Shown one piece after another: positions 43,900 through 52,234 of a DNA stretch of 64,000 nt; the stretch's first letter is position 1; each line of letters opens with the position of its first letter. Both the position numbers and the translations under genes were made by a program. This stretch comes from Candidatus Curtissbacteria bacterium (GTDB lineage Bacteria; Patescibacteriota; Microgenomatia; Curtissbacterales; GWA2-41-24). Where the stretch lies: NCBI GenBank assembly GCA_030647775.1, contig JAUSJC010000007.1:50038-114037 (forward strand). Direction: 5' to 3'. The notes below the pieces were generated by a model. The model did not search any database. It was given only the letters and a program-made list of their open reading frames with translations, and was not told the DNA's origin.

Positions 43900-45855
43900 G
43901 GCGCGTTCAAAGTCGAGGACGCGGGCGGCATCTTTCATCTCGCGGGTGAGAACCCTGACCAATTTTTGTTTGTCGTCAGCAAGTAGTGAACCCTCTTTGG
44001 CACGGTCGAGAGCGGATTGGATAACCGCATCCTGGTAGGACTTTTTCTTTTCTTCGAACATCTGTTCGCGATTGACCAGTTTTTCGCGGATAGGTTTGGC
44101 GATAGATTCGGGGGTGATACCATGTTCTTTGTTGTAATCGGTCTGGATTTTGCGTCTGCGGTTGACCTCGTCAATGGCCCTTTGCATGGAACCGGTAATG
44201 TTGTCTGCATACAAAACGACCAAACCCTCGAGGTGGCGGGCGGCGCGGCCCATTGTTTGCACAAGGGACGTTTCGGAACGCAAAAATCCTTCTTTGTCGG
44301 CGTCTAAGATGGCGACAAGAGAGACTTCAGGCAGGTCTAGACCCTCTCTGAGTAAATTTATACCTACAAGAACATCATAATTACCCAACCGAAGGTCGTC
44401 GAGGATATCGCTTCTATCTAAAGTTAGGACTTCCGAATGTAAATACTGGACTTTTAAGCCTTTTTCTTCTAAATATTTGGACAGTTCCTCTGCCATACGT
44501 TTTGTAAGCGTAGTAACCAATGCCCTTTGTTTTTTGGCGGTGCGCTTCTTAATTTCGGCCATTAAATCTTCTATTTGGCCTTCGGATGGCCGGATTTCTA
44601 TCTGCGGATCGATTAAACCCGTTGGCCTAATCAATTGTTCGACGACTTGGCTGGAAATATTCAGCTCGTACTGTGCCGGTGTGGCGGATGTGTAAACAAC
44701 TTGCTTGATTTTGCGTGAAAATTCGTCAAATCTCAACGGCCGGTTGTCAAACGCGCTTGGCAGGCGAAACCCAAAATCAACAAGCATTTGTTTCCTAGCA
44801 CGGTCACCATTATACATGCCGTTTATTTGGGGTACAGTCATATGGGATTCGTCGAGTATTAATAGATAATCTTTAGGAAAATGGTCCAGTAAACTAAATG
44901 GGGGATCTCCGGGATTCCTGCCGTCAAAGTACCTCGAATAGTTTTCAATCCCCTTGCAGTATCCAAAAGTTTGAATCATTTCCAGGTCGTATAGTGTTCT
45001 TTGCTTTAGCCTGTGAGCTTCCAATTCTTTGCCGGCGGCTTTAAGTTCCTTTAGCCGAGCTTCTAGTTCCAGCCGGATTGATTGCATCGCCCCGAAGGCG
45101 CTTTCGTCCGAGGCTACATGATGTTTGGCGGGGTAAATAAAAGCGAAGTCGAGTTTTTCGATTGTTTGGCCCGTTATTGGAGAAATTGATTCAATTTTAG
45201 ATAATGTTTCGCCCGAGAAAGTAAGTTTGAGGGCATCGTTTTCGTACGAAGGAAGGATTTGGACTGATTCGCCGCGGATCCTGTAAGTTCCCCTGGCAAA
45301 ATCAACGTCGTTCCTTTCATATTGAAGCTTGGCAAATGCCGTCAAAAGGTCGTTCCTGGCCCAATCTTTTCCTATTTCCAGGGTAACTCTGGAGTTTTGG
45401 TATTCTGTGGGAGAACCCAAGTTGTAGATAGCGGAAACAGAAGCAATGACTATGACGTCTTTTCTAGTAGCCAGAGCGGTGGTAGCAGCCAGCCGCAGCC
45501 TGTCGATTTCTTCATTAATTTCGGTTTCTTTTTCGATGTAAGTGTCTGTAGCCGGCATATAGGCTTCCGGCTGGTAATAGTCGTAATAAGAAACAAAGTA
45601 GCAGACGGCGTTTTGGGGGAAAAATTCGCGGAATTCCTGGTAAAGCTGGGCGGCGAGTGTTTTGTTGTGGGAAATAACCAAAGTTGGTTTTTGGGTTTTT
45701 TGGATAACGTTGGCCATGGTAAAAGTTTTACCGGAGCCTGTTACGCCAAGCAGGGTTTGGTATTTAAATCCTTTTTCGATGCCCTTAACTAACTTATCAA
45801 TGGCTTGCGGCTGGTCACCGGTAGGTTTATAAGCTGATGTAAGTTCGAATTTCAT
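43858..45855 (-). CDS. uvrB: excinuclease ABC subunit B, with its C-terminal codons replaced by the insertion
   Basis: 'GVTGSGKTFTMA' Walker A, helicase motifs, beta-hairpin region, C-terminal UVR domain '...ERAAILRDQI'. The original terminus 'QAVKVNSQQ*' can be read beyond the downstream direct repeat at 43041..43069. Confidence 0.9.
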   Translation of the reverse strand: MKFELTSAYKPTGDQPQAIDKLVKGIEKGFKYQTLLGVTGSGKTFTMANVIQKTQKPTLVISHNKTLAAQLYQEFREFFPQNAVCYFVSYYDYYQPEAYMPATDTYIEKETEINEEIDRLRLAATTALATRKDVIVIASVSAIYNLGSPTEYQNSRVTLEIGKDWARNDLLTAFAKLQYERNDVDFARGTYRIRGESVQILPSYENDALKLTFSGETLSKIESISPITGQTIEKLDFAFIYPAKHHVASDESAFGAMQSIRLELEARLKELKAAGKELEAHRLKQRTLYDLEMIQTFGYCKGIENYSRYFDGRNPGDPPFSLLDHFPKDYLLILDESHMTVPQINGMYNGDRARKQMLVDFGFRLPSAFDNRPLRFDEFSRKIKQVVYTSATPAQYELNISSQVVEQLIRPTGLIDPQIEIRPSEGQIEDLMAEIKKRTAKKQRALVTTLTKRMAEELSKYLEEKGLKVQYLHSEVLTLDRSDILDDLRLGNYDVLVGINLLREGLDLPEVSLVAILDADKEGFLRSETSLVQTMGRAARHLEGLVVLYADNITGSMQRAIDEVNRRRKIQTDYNKEHGITPESIAKPIREKLVNREQMFEEKKKSYQDAVIQSALDRAKEGSLLADDKQKLVRVLTREMKDAARVLDFERAAILRDQIMSLKSP

Positions 45856-45900
45856 TGAACCTACATTATACCTTACATATCCAGTAGAGTGCGGAAGAAT

Positions 45901-46752
45901 TTAGTTTCCTATAACCAACGTGCTTGCTGCCGGTTCAGTTTTACTTATATCTCGATACACTCCCTGATATTCGTCCGGCAAGAGCTTTGCAATTTCGATC
46001 ATGACGTAGTCAACAAGTGTACCTCTTTTTTCTTCTCTGGGAATCAAGTGATTAAAATCAGCCTTAACAGCCGGAATATCAATAGGTTTGCCCACATTCA
46101 TTGCCACATAGCTTTTTTTTCTAGGAATCAGTGCACCAATGGGAAGCACTGTTTCTGTTCCGTATAGGCCAATAGGTACGACCCAGTTACCTTCAAGGTA
46201 GTGTGAGATGGCAGGATAACCTTCTATCAACTGACTCGTTCTACTTCTGCCTCCTTCTGGAAATAGCGCTATAATTCCGCCCTGCTTTATAACCGAGCGT
46301 GTTGCTCTTATAGATTTGTATGTAAAAGACATCGCCATCTTTTCTTGTTCGGCGTTTTTGGGTTTTAGATTTGGGGGCCAAACAGGTATGAAAGAATAAC
46401 CACCAACGAATTTTGATGTAAGCTTGTTGAGAAGCAGTTTGGCGCCTAGAATAAAGACCGTTCTTTGCGCTATATCCTGAAATCCATGCCTTCGTAAAGC
46501 AGAGATGATCGCGGGAGCATCGAAATTGCTAAGATGGTTAAAAGCAAAAACGACTTTTTCTCCTGCCGCTATCAACTGTCTAACTTCTTCTAGGTTTTCT
46601 TGGCCAGACAATAAGATATTCTCTATATATATGCGTGTTAGACACTCGTTGAGTAACAATTGCAGGGGATTTGCCTTTTTGACATCTTTGACAGCACCGT
46701 GATTATACCTTTCGGACATTTGGCGAATTATAATGAATTTTGATGGTTTCAT
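45901..46752 (-). CDS. 1-acyl-sn-glycerol-3-phosphate acyltransferase family (LPLAT/PlsC-like)
   Basis: 'FNHLSNFD' (HX4D) and 'FPEGGRS' motifs; the N-terminus of the ORF-track version (to 46800) is probably over-extended. Confidence 0.65.
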   Translation of the reverse strand: MKPSKFIIIRQMSERYNHGAVKDVKKANPLQLLLNECLTRIYIENILLSGQENLEEVRQLIAAGEKVVFAFNHLSNFDAPAIISALRRHGFQDIAQRTVFILGAKLLLNKLTSKFVGGYSFIPVWPPNLKPKNAEQEKMAMSFTYKSIRATRSVIKQGGIIALFPEGGRSRTSQLIEGYPAISHYLEGNWVVPIGLYGTETVLPIGALIPRKKSYVAMNVGKPIDIPAVKADFNHLIPREEKRGTLVDYVMIEIAKLLPDEYQGVYRDISKTEPAASTLVIGN

Positions 46753-46761
46753 CAAAGCCTC

Positions 46762-46790
46762 TTGACAACTTCGGGTTTTATTTGGTAGTA
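46762..46790 (+). promoter_or_regulatory. sigma70-like promoter of lexA (TTGACA-N17-TAGTAT)
   Basis: -35 TTGACA at 46762..46767 and -10 TAGTAT at 46785..46790; the -10 overlaps the first ATG, so the second Met (46802) is the likely start. Confidence 0.5.
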
Positions 46791-46801
46791 TGGTTTTCAA
46801 T

Positions 46802-47419
46802 ATGGCTACAGTAATTTACCGCAGACAGAAACAAATTTTGGATTTTCTCAACGATTACATTGAAGAGCATGGTCATGCGCCGACATTAGTAGAGATTGCT
46901 AAAAATTTAGGGGTTCGGTCTTTGGCGACAGTCCATGAACACCTAGCGACTCTTGAAAAGAAAGGCTTAATTAAAAAATCGGGAGGAATTGCCCGCGGGA
47001 TTGAGCTGATTGAGAAAAGGATAGGCAGAATTGTCAAAGGGATAGAACTGCCGGTAATGGGGTTTATTGCGGCCGGTGCCCCGATAGAACCATATACAGA
47101 CCCTAATGCTACATTTCCTGTTTCTCCAAATCTTGTAACACCGAACAAAAAATCATATGTTCTTCAGGTTAAAGGTGAATCAATGATTGATGACGGAATC
47201 TTAGATGGTGACTTTGTGGTTGTTGAAGAAACGAACCACGCTAATAATGGCGATATTGTGGTGGCGATGATCGAAAATGGTGTTGTAACTCTGAAGAGAT
47301 TTTTCAAAGAATCAGATAGGGTCAGACTCCAGCCGGCCAATTCCACCATGCAGCCGATTTATGCCAAAAACGTGACGATACAGGGTAAAGTTACTTCCGT
47401 AATCCGCAAGTACAACTGA
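46802..47419 (+). CDS. lexA: LexA repressor (S24 peptidase)
   Basis: N-terminal winged-helix 'LTKRQKQILDFL'-type segment, cleavage-site region, 'VKGESMIDDGI' Ser and 'VVAMIENGVVTLKR' Lys. Confidence 0.85.
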   Translation: MATVIYRRQKQILDFLNDYIEEHGHAPTLVEIAKNLGVRSLATVHEHLATLEKKGLIKKSGGIARGIELIEKRIGRIVKGIELPVMGFIAAGAPIEPYTDPNATFPVSPNLVTPNKKSYVLQVKGESMIDDGILDGDFVVVEETNHANNGDIVVAMIENGVVTLKRFFKESDRVRLQPANSTMQPIYAKNVTIQGKVTSVIRKYN

Positions 47420-47422
47420 TTA

Positions 47423-48691
47423 TCACTTACTAAAAAAGCTTAGGAGAAGGGCAAAGGCGGCGAAGGTCATCACAAGCGTGATTGCCCAACCGGCGATATT
47501 GGAGAAAGTGTTGCTTTTATATTTCCCCATGATTTTAGAATTATTTGATATTAAAAGAATTAAAACCATGAGTGGCGGGGCAACAATCCCATTTAAAACT
47601 GCCGTGTAGTAGAGGATTTTAAAAGGCGGGATACCGGTAAAGTTAACTAGGAGACCCAAGACAGTTGCTATCGTGATAATGCCGTAAAAACCGTGAGCTT
47701 GTTTGAACTTGCGGTATAAACCTTCTTTCCAGCCGAAAGCTTCGGAAATTGCATAAGAGGCGGAACCGGCAAGAACCGGTACAGCCAAAAGACCGGTGCC
47801 GATCACCCCCACCCCAAAAAGGAAAAAGGTAAAATTTCCGGCAATCGGCCTTAGAGCTTCAGCTGCGTCTGTAGCGGTGTTGATATTATTTATACCTTTT
47901 GCCGCTAAAGTTGAAGCTGTTGTGACAATAATAAAGAACATAACCAGTTGAGAGAAAAACATGCCTACTAGGGTATCGATTCTCATTTTCTTAATATCAA
48001 TCGCGGTTATTTTCGGGACTCCCCTGCCCATTGCCCGGATTTTATGAAATTCGACTTCTTCTTCGACTTCTTCATCTGATTGCCAGAAAAATAAATACGG
48101 GGATATAGTGGTTCCGAGAATAGCGACGATATTGAGAAAATAATCCCGGTTAAAGGATATCGCCGGAATAAAAGTAGCTGTAAGAATTCTTGACCAATCT
48201 TGCTTAACGACAAAGGCAACTATAATGTATGAAAACAGGGAAAACGTGAGATATTTTAGAATTTTTGAATAAACTTTATAGGAGACGAAAACTTCCAAAA
48301 TTAAAGACAGCGCGGTGATTATCAGAAGTAAAACGACGAATGGCAATGGAATAAGGAGCTCGGCAGATGATGCCATGGCTCCAAGATCCGCACCGATATT
48401 GATGGTATTGGCAATAAGCAGTAAAAGTATTGAGAAATAGAGAATTTTTTTGGAGTAATGAATACGGATTACGCCGGATAAACCTTTACCAGTAACCATG
48501 CCGATGCGGCCGCACATTTCCTGAATAACAGTCATAAAAGGAAAGGAAAAGAGGGCGGTCCACAGTTGCGTATAGCCAAACTGGGCACCGGCTTGGGAGT
48601 ATGTAGCGATGCCCGAAGGATCATCATCGGCGGCTCCGGTTATAAACCCGGGCCCAAGGCGGGAAAGGATTTTTTTAAGTTTTTTGAGCAC
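47423..48691 (-). CDS. mntH: NRAMP-family divalent metal transporter
   Basis: 'GPGFITGAADDDPSGIATYSQAGAQFGY' consensus Nramp motif; 11 TM helices. Confidence 0.8.
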   Translation of the reverse strand: MLKKLKKILSRLGPGFITGAADDDPSGIATYSQAGAQFGYTQLWTALFSFPFMTVIQEMCGRIGMVTGKGLSGVIRIHYSKKILYFSILLLLIANTINIGADLGAMASSAELLIPLPFVVLLLIITALSLILEVFVSYKVYSKILKYLTFSLFSYIIVAFVVKQDWSRILTATFIPAISFNRDYFLNIVAILGTTISPYLFFWQSDEEVEEEVEFHKIRAMGRGVPKITAIDIKKMRIDTLVGMFFSQLVMFFIIVTTASTLAAKGINNINTATDAAEALRPIAGNFTFFLFGVGVIGTGLLAVPVLAGSASYAISEAFGWKEGLYRKFKQAHGFYGIITIATVLGLLVNFTGIPPFKILYYTAVLNGIVAPPLMVLILLISNNSKIMGKYKSNTFSNIAGWAITLVMTFAAFALLLSFFSK

Positions 48692-49319
48692 TTAGTTTTC
48701 GCTTGTGAAGCTTATGATAGACGTAAGCCGCAACTGCGATTATTGCAAGAATAATAATCAAAACGTCAAACTTGCGAAATAGCGGCCTGATACTTTCCCA
48801 GTTTTCACCGAGTTTGACTCCGATTAATGTGAGAAAAGCAGACCAGATTAAAGATCCAAAAAATGTGAGCGCAGAAAATTTCCAAAAAGGTAATTTAGCC
48901 ATACCGGCCGGAAGGGAGATGACTGTCCTTATGGCTGGTAGTATCCTGGAAACTGCGGCCGCCCACTGTCCGTATTTGTTGAACAGCTTTATGGAGCTAT
49001 CGAATTCCTCTTCCGTCAAAAGGATAAATTTCCCGTACTTTATGACCAGCTTTCTGATAAGCCTTTTTTCGCCCCAATATCCAAGGGCATAAGCTATCCA
49101 AGACCCGGCAAGATTCCCTAGAGCACCGACTAAGATAACCGCCAGCAAGTTAAACTTTCCCTGTGAAACCAGAAAGCCGGAAAAGGGCATGATCACTTCG
49201 GAAGGAATCGGGATTAAGGCTGATTCTATGGCCATGAGAACAAAAATCCCCGGGTAGCCTAATGTATCTATAACCGATATAACCCATAAGACTATGGTTT
49301 CCAAGATAGACTGATCCAT
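48675..49319 (-). CDS. DedA-family membrane protein
   Basis: 'GYPGIFVLMAIESALIPIPSE' re-entrant loop motif. Confidence 0.7.
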   Translation of the reverse strand: MDQSILETIVLWVISVIDTLGYPGIFVLMAIESALIPIPSEVIMPFSGFLVSQGKFNLLAVILVGALGNLAGSWIAYALGYWGEKRLIRKLVIKYGKFILLTEEEFDSSIKLFNKYGQWAAAVSRILPAIRTVISLPAGMAKLPFWKFSALTFFGSLIWSAFLTLIGVKLGENWESIRPLFRKFDVLIIILAIIAVAAYVYHKLHKRKLSAQKT

Positions 49320-49361
49320 CGGTCTATTGTAAAGGCAGGCAGTTAAAATTTAAAGTAGTAT

Positions 49362-50960
49362 TTAAGCTAGGAGACTTCTGCCGGTCATCGTGGATGGCTT
49401 GGGAATATTTAAAAGCGCAAGAATTGTGGGGGCAACATCGGCAAGCAAGCCTTCAGACTGATCGGTGCTGCTCCCTCCGAGTTCTTTAATGACAAAAATA
49501 CATGGCGCGGGGCCGGCATTATGTGCGGTATCTATTTGGCCTGTCTTGGCATTAACCATTACCTCGGCGTTTCCATGATCGGCGGTAATAATAAGTCCCC
49601 CGCCGGCTCCAAGCGTGGTTTCGGATATTTTTTTAAGGCAAGTATCGATTTCATTTACCGCCTTAACTGTTGCTTCGAAGTTTCCCGTATGGCCAACCAT
49701 ATCTGCATTGGCAAGATTGAGGACTATAAAATCGTAAATGCCGCTTTTGATTTTTGAGATTAGTTTTTCTGTTATTTGGGGCGCGGACATTCCCGGCGCC
49801 AGATCGTAAGACGCAACTTTTTGGGAATTAACAAGAACCCGGTCTTCGCCGGGGAACGGTTCTTCTCTGCCGCCGTTGAAAAAATAGGTGACATGGGCAT
49901 ATTTTTCTGTTTCTGCTATATGAAGTTGTCTCATGTTCCTTTCGGAAATGATTTGGGCAAGCGGAATTTCGACTTCTTCAGGCGGGAAAGCGACGGCGGA
50001 AACAGGTAAGCCTTTTTCATACCGGGTCATGGAAGCAAAGAACAGGTTTTCAATTTTTGGTTCCCTTTCGAAAGTCTTTACCTCGTCGCCGGACGGAGCT
50101 TTTTGGTGATCGAGCGAAGGGAGAACAAAAGCTTTGGTCAGCTGGCGTGCCCGATCCGGCCGAAAGTTGAAAAAAATTATGGCATCATTTTGCCTGATAC
50201 GACCAATAGGATTGCCCTCTTGGTCGGTAATGGCAAACGGCTCTATAAACTCATCGGTTTTACCGTCGGCGTACGAATCTACAATTGCTTTTTCTAAGTC
50301 GGTTTTAAAATTAAGAGTTTGGCCAAGCATTGCAAAATAGGCCTTGGCAGTTCTTTCCCAGCGGTTATCGCGATCCATAGAATAGTATCTGCCGGAAATG
50401 GAGGCAATTTGGCCGAGATTTTCTTTCTCAAGTTTTTCCTGAAGCTGGGAAATAACTGCTTTTGCGGAGGTCGGGGGGCTATCGCGGCCGTCAGTAAAAA
50501 GGTGCAATTTTATTTTCTCTTTGGGGACCAATTTTTTTTGCAGCAGGCTAAGAAGCGCAAATAGGTGGCTACTGGCGCTATGGACGAAGCCCAAACCCAC
50601 AAGACCCATCAAATGAATGTTGCCGCCGTTTTTTTGGTAGTGGTTAATTGCGCCGGTAAAAGCCTCATTAGTAAAAAAAGAACCATCTGTGATTGCGCTG
50701 TTAATTCGCAAAAGATCTTGAAAAACAATTCTGCCGGCGCCAAGATTCAAGTGGCCGACTTCGCTGTTGCCGACACACCCGCGGGGAAGACCAACGCCGG
50801 GTCCGGAAGTAACCAGTGTTGTGTGGGGATAGTTTAACCAAAGACTTGTAAAGTTTAAAGGGTTAGCGCAAGTTATGGCATTTCCCGGTGACGGCGGTGC
50901 CTGCCCCCAGCCATCAAGGATACAAAGAACTAAAGGTTTGGGGATTCGGGATGGTTTCAT
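49362..50960 (-). CDS. gpmI: 2,3-bisphosphoglycerate-independent phosphoglycerate mutase
   Basis: 'LCILDGWG', 'GNSEVGHLN', 'ITADHGNAE' iPGM motifs. Confidence 0.9.
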   Translation of the reverse strand: MKPSRIPKPLVLCILDGWGQAPPSPGNAITCANPLNFTSLWLNYPHTTLVTSGPGVGLPRGCVGNSEVGHLNLGAGRIVFQDLLRINSAITDGSFFTNEAFTGAINHYQKNGGNIHLMGLVGLGFVHSASSHLFALLSLLQKKLVPKEKIKLHLFTDGRDSPPTSAKAVISQLQEKLEKENLGQIASISGRYYSMDRDNRWERTAKAYFAMLGQTLNFKTDLEKAIVDSYADGKTDEFIEPFAITDQEGNPIGRIRQNDAIIFFNFRPDRARQLTKAFVLPSLDHQKAPSGDEVKTFEREPKIENLFFASMTRYEKGLPVSAVAFPPEEVEIPLAQIISERNMRQLHIAETEKYAHVTYFFNGGREEPFPGEDRVLVNSQKVASYDLAPGMSAPQITEKLISKIKSGIYDFIVLNLANADMVGHTGNFEATVKAVNEIDTCLKKISETTLGAGGGLIITADHGNAEVMVNAKTGQIDTAHNAGPAPCIFVIKELGGSSTDQSEGLLADVAPTILALLNIPKPSTMTGRSLLA

Positions 50961-52210
50961 GAGAGTTCATGTTCAATTTCCAGGAGCCTGTTATATTTAG
51001 CCACCCGCTCACCCCTGGCCGGAGCCCCAAATTTGGTGTAGTCCGCCCCGACGCCGACAGCAAAGTCAACAATAAAGTCATCGTTGGTTTCACCCGAACG
51101 ATGAGAGACGATGACTTTGAATTTTGCCTCTTTTGCTTTTTTGACAAACGCCAGAGTCTCGGAAATAGTGCCTATCTGGTTTGGTTTGACAATAACGGCA
51201 TTTAGGGCGTGCCCTTCTATTGCTTTATCTAAAAGTTTGGTATTCGTGGAGGTAAGATCGTCGCCAACGATCAGAGTTTCTGTGCCAAGTTTTCCTAGAA
51301 GATCTGACCAGTCACCCCAGTCATCATCCGAAAAAGGGTCTTCCAAGGAAAGCAGGTGATACCGCTCATTTGCCGAAATGTAAAATTCGATAAGGTCGCT
51401 TCCTGTTTGGGGAACGGGTTTATCCTTGATTCTGTAAGTATTTCCCTCTTTAAGATTCGAGGCCGCGACGTCGAGAGAGAAAAAGGCATCAAGGCCGGTT
51501 TTGTAACCGGCAATGGTGACTGCTTCTTCGAAAATCTTAAAAACTTCCATGTTGGAATAAAGCATGGGGGCGTACCCGCCCTCATCGCCGATCAAGGTGG
51601 CATAGTTTTGGGATTTAAGAACCTCTTTGAGGGCAAAGTAGACTTCGGCGCCAAATTTCAGGTTTTGGGAAAAAGTATTAGCCTTAGGGGGAACAATTAA
51701 AAATTCCTGGAAGTCGAGATTGAAGCCGCCATGGAGACCCCCGTTTAGGATGTTAAACATCGGCGTGGGGATGGAAAACTCGCGAGTACTTATACCGGCA
51801 ATTTGGGCAATATATTGGTATAGCGGCACTTTCTGGCTCATGCTTTGGGCTCTCGCAACTGCCCCGGACAGGGCAAGGATACTGTTTGCCCCCAGTTTGC
51901 TTTTATCATCAGTACCGTCCAGGGTAATCATTGCTTCGTCTACTTGCGCTTGGTTTTTGGCATCCATACCAATTATCTGGGGGGCAAGAATAGTCGCGAT
52001 ATTGCCAAGCGCTTTCAAAACCCCCTTGCCGCCAAACCTTGTTTTATCACCGTCACGAAGCTCTATCGCTTCGTGCTTTCCGACAGATGCGCCCGAAGGG
52101 ACAGAGTAAATGCCGATTGCGCCGTCCTCCAGTTCCAGGATTGCTTCAACGGTCGGCTGGCCGCGGCTGTCTAAAATTTCCCTGGCAACTATTTTTTTAA
52201 TTTTCGACAT
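50957..52210 (-). CDS. eno: enolase
   Basis: 'IVAREILDSRGQPTVE' N-terminus and 'SHRSGETED'-type motif 'SHRSGETND'. Confidence 0.95.
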   Translation of the reverse strand: MSKIKKIVAREILDSRGQPTVEAILELEDGAIGIYSVPSGASVGKHEAIELRDGDKTRFGGKGVLKALGNIATILAPQIIGMDAKNQAQVDEAMITLDGTDDKSKLGANSILALSGAVARAQSMSQKVPLYQYIAQIAGISTREFSIPTPMFNILNGGLHGGFNLDFQEFLIVPPKANTFSQNLKFGAEVYFALKEVLKSQNYATLIGDEGGYAPMLYSNMEVFKIFEEAVTIAGYKTGLDAFFSLDVAASNLKEGNTYRIKDKPVPQTGSDLIEFYISANERYHLLSLEDPFSDDDWGDWSDLLGKLGTETLIVGDDLTSTNTKLLDKAIEGHALNAVIVKPNQIGTISETLAFVKKAKEAKFKVIVSHRSGETNDDFIVDFAVGVGADYTKFGAPARGERVAKYNRLLEIEHELS

Positions 52211-52234
52211 AATTTAAGTATAAAGTATCTCGTG

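Noticed and set aside
43821-43931. Long N-terminal extension of the transposase ORF ('MPPASSTLNAPPSSATKSCHSNPHNRSDLLWCIIIFC')
   Set aside because: Overlaps the uvrB 3' end and is a translation of the direct repeat and palindrome; the Met of 'MPSKNSVKQYLEGGF' gives a standard-length Y1 transposase.
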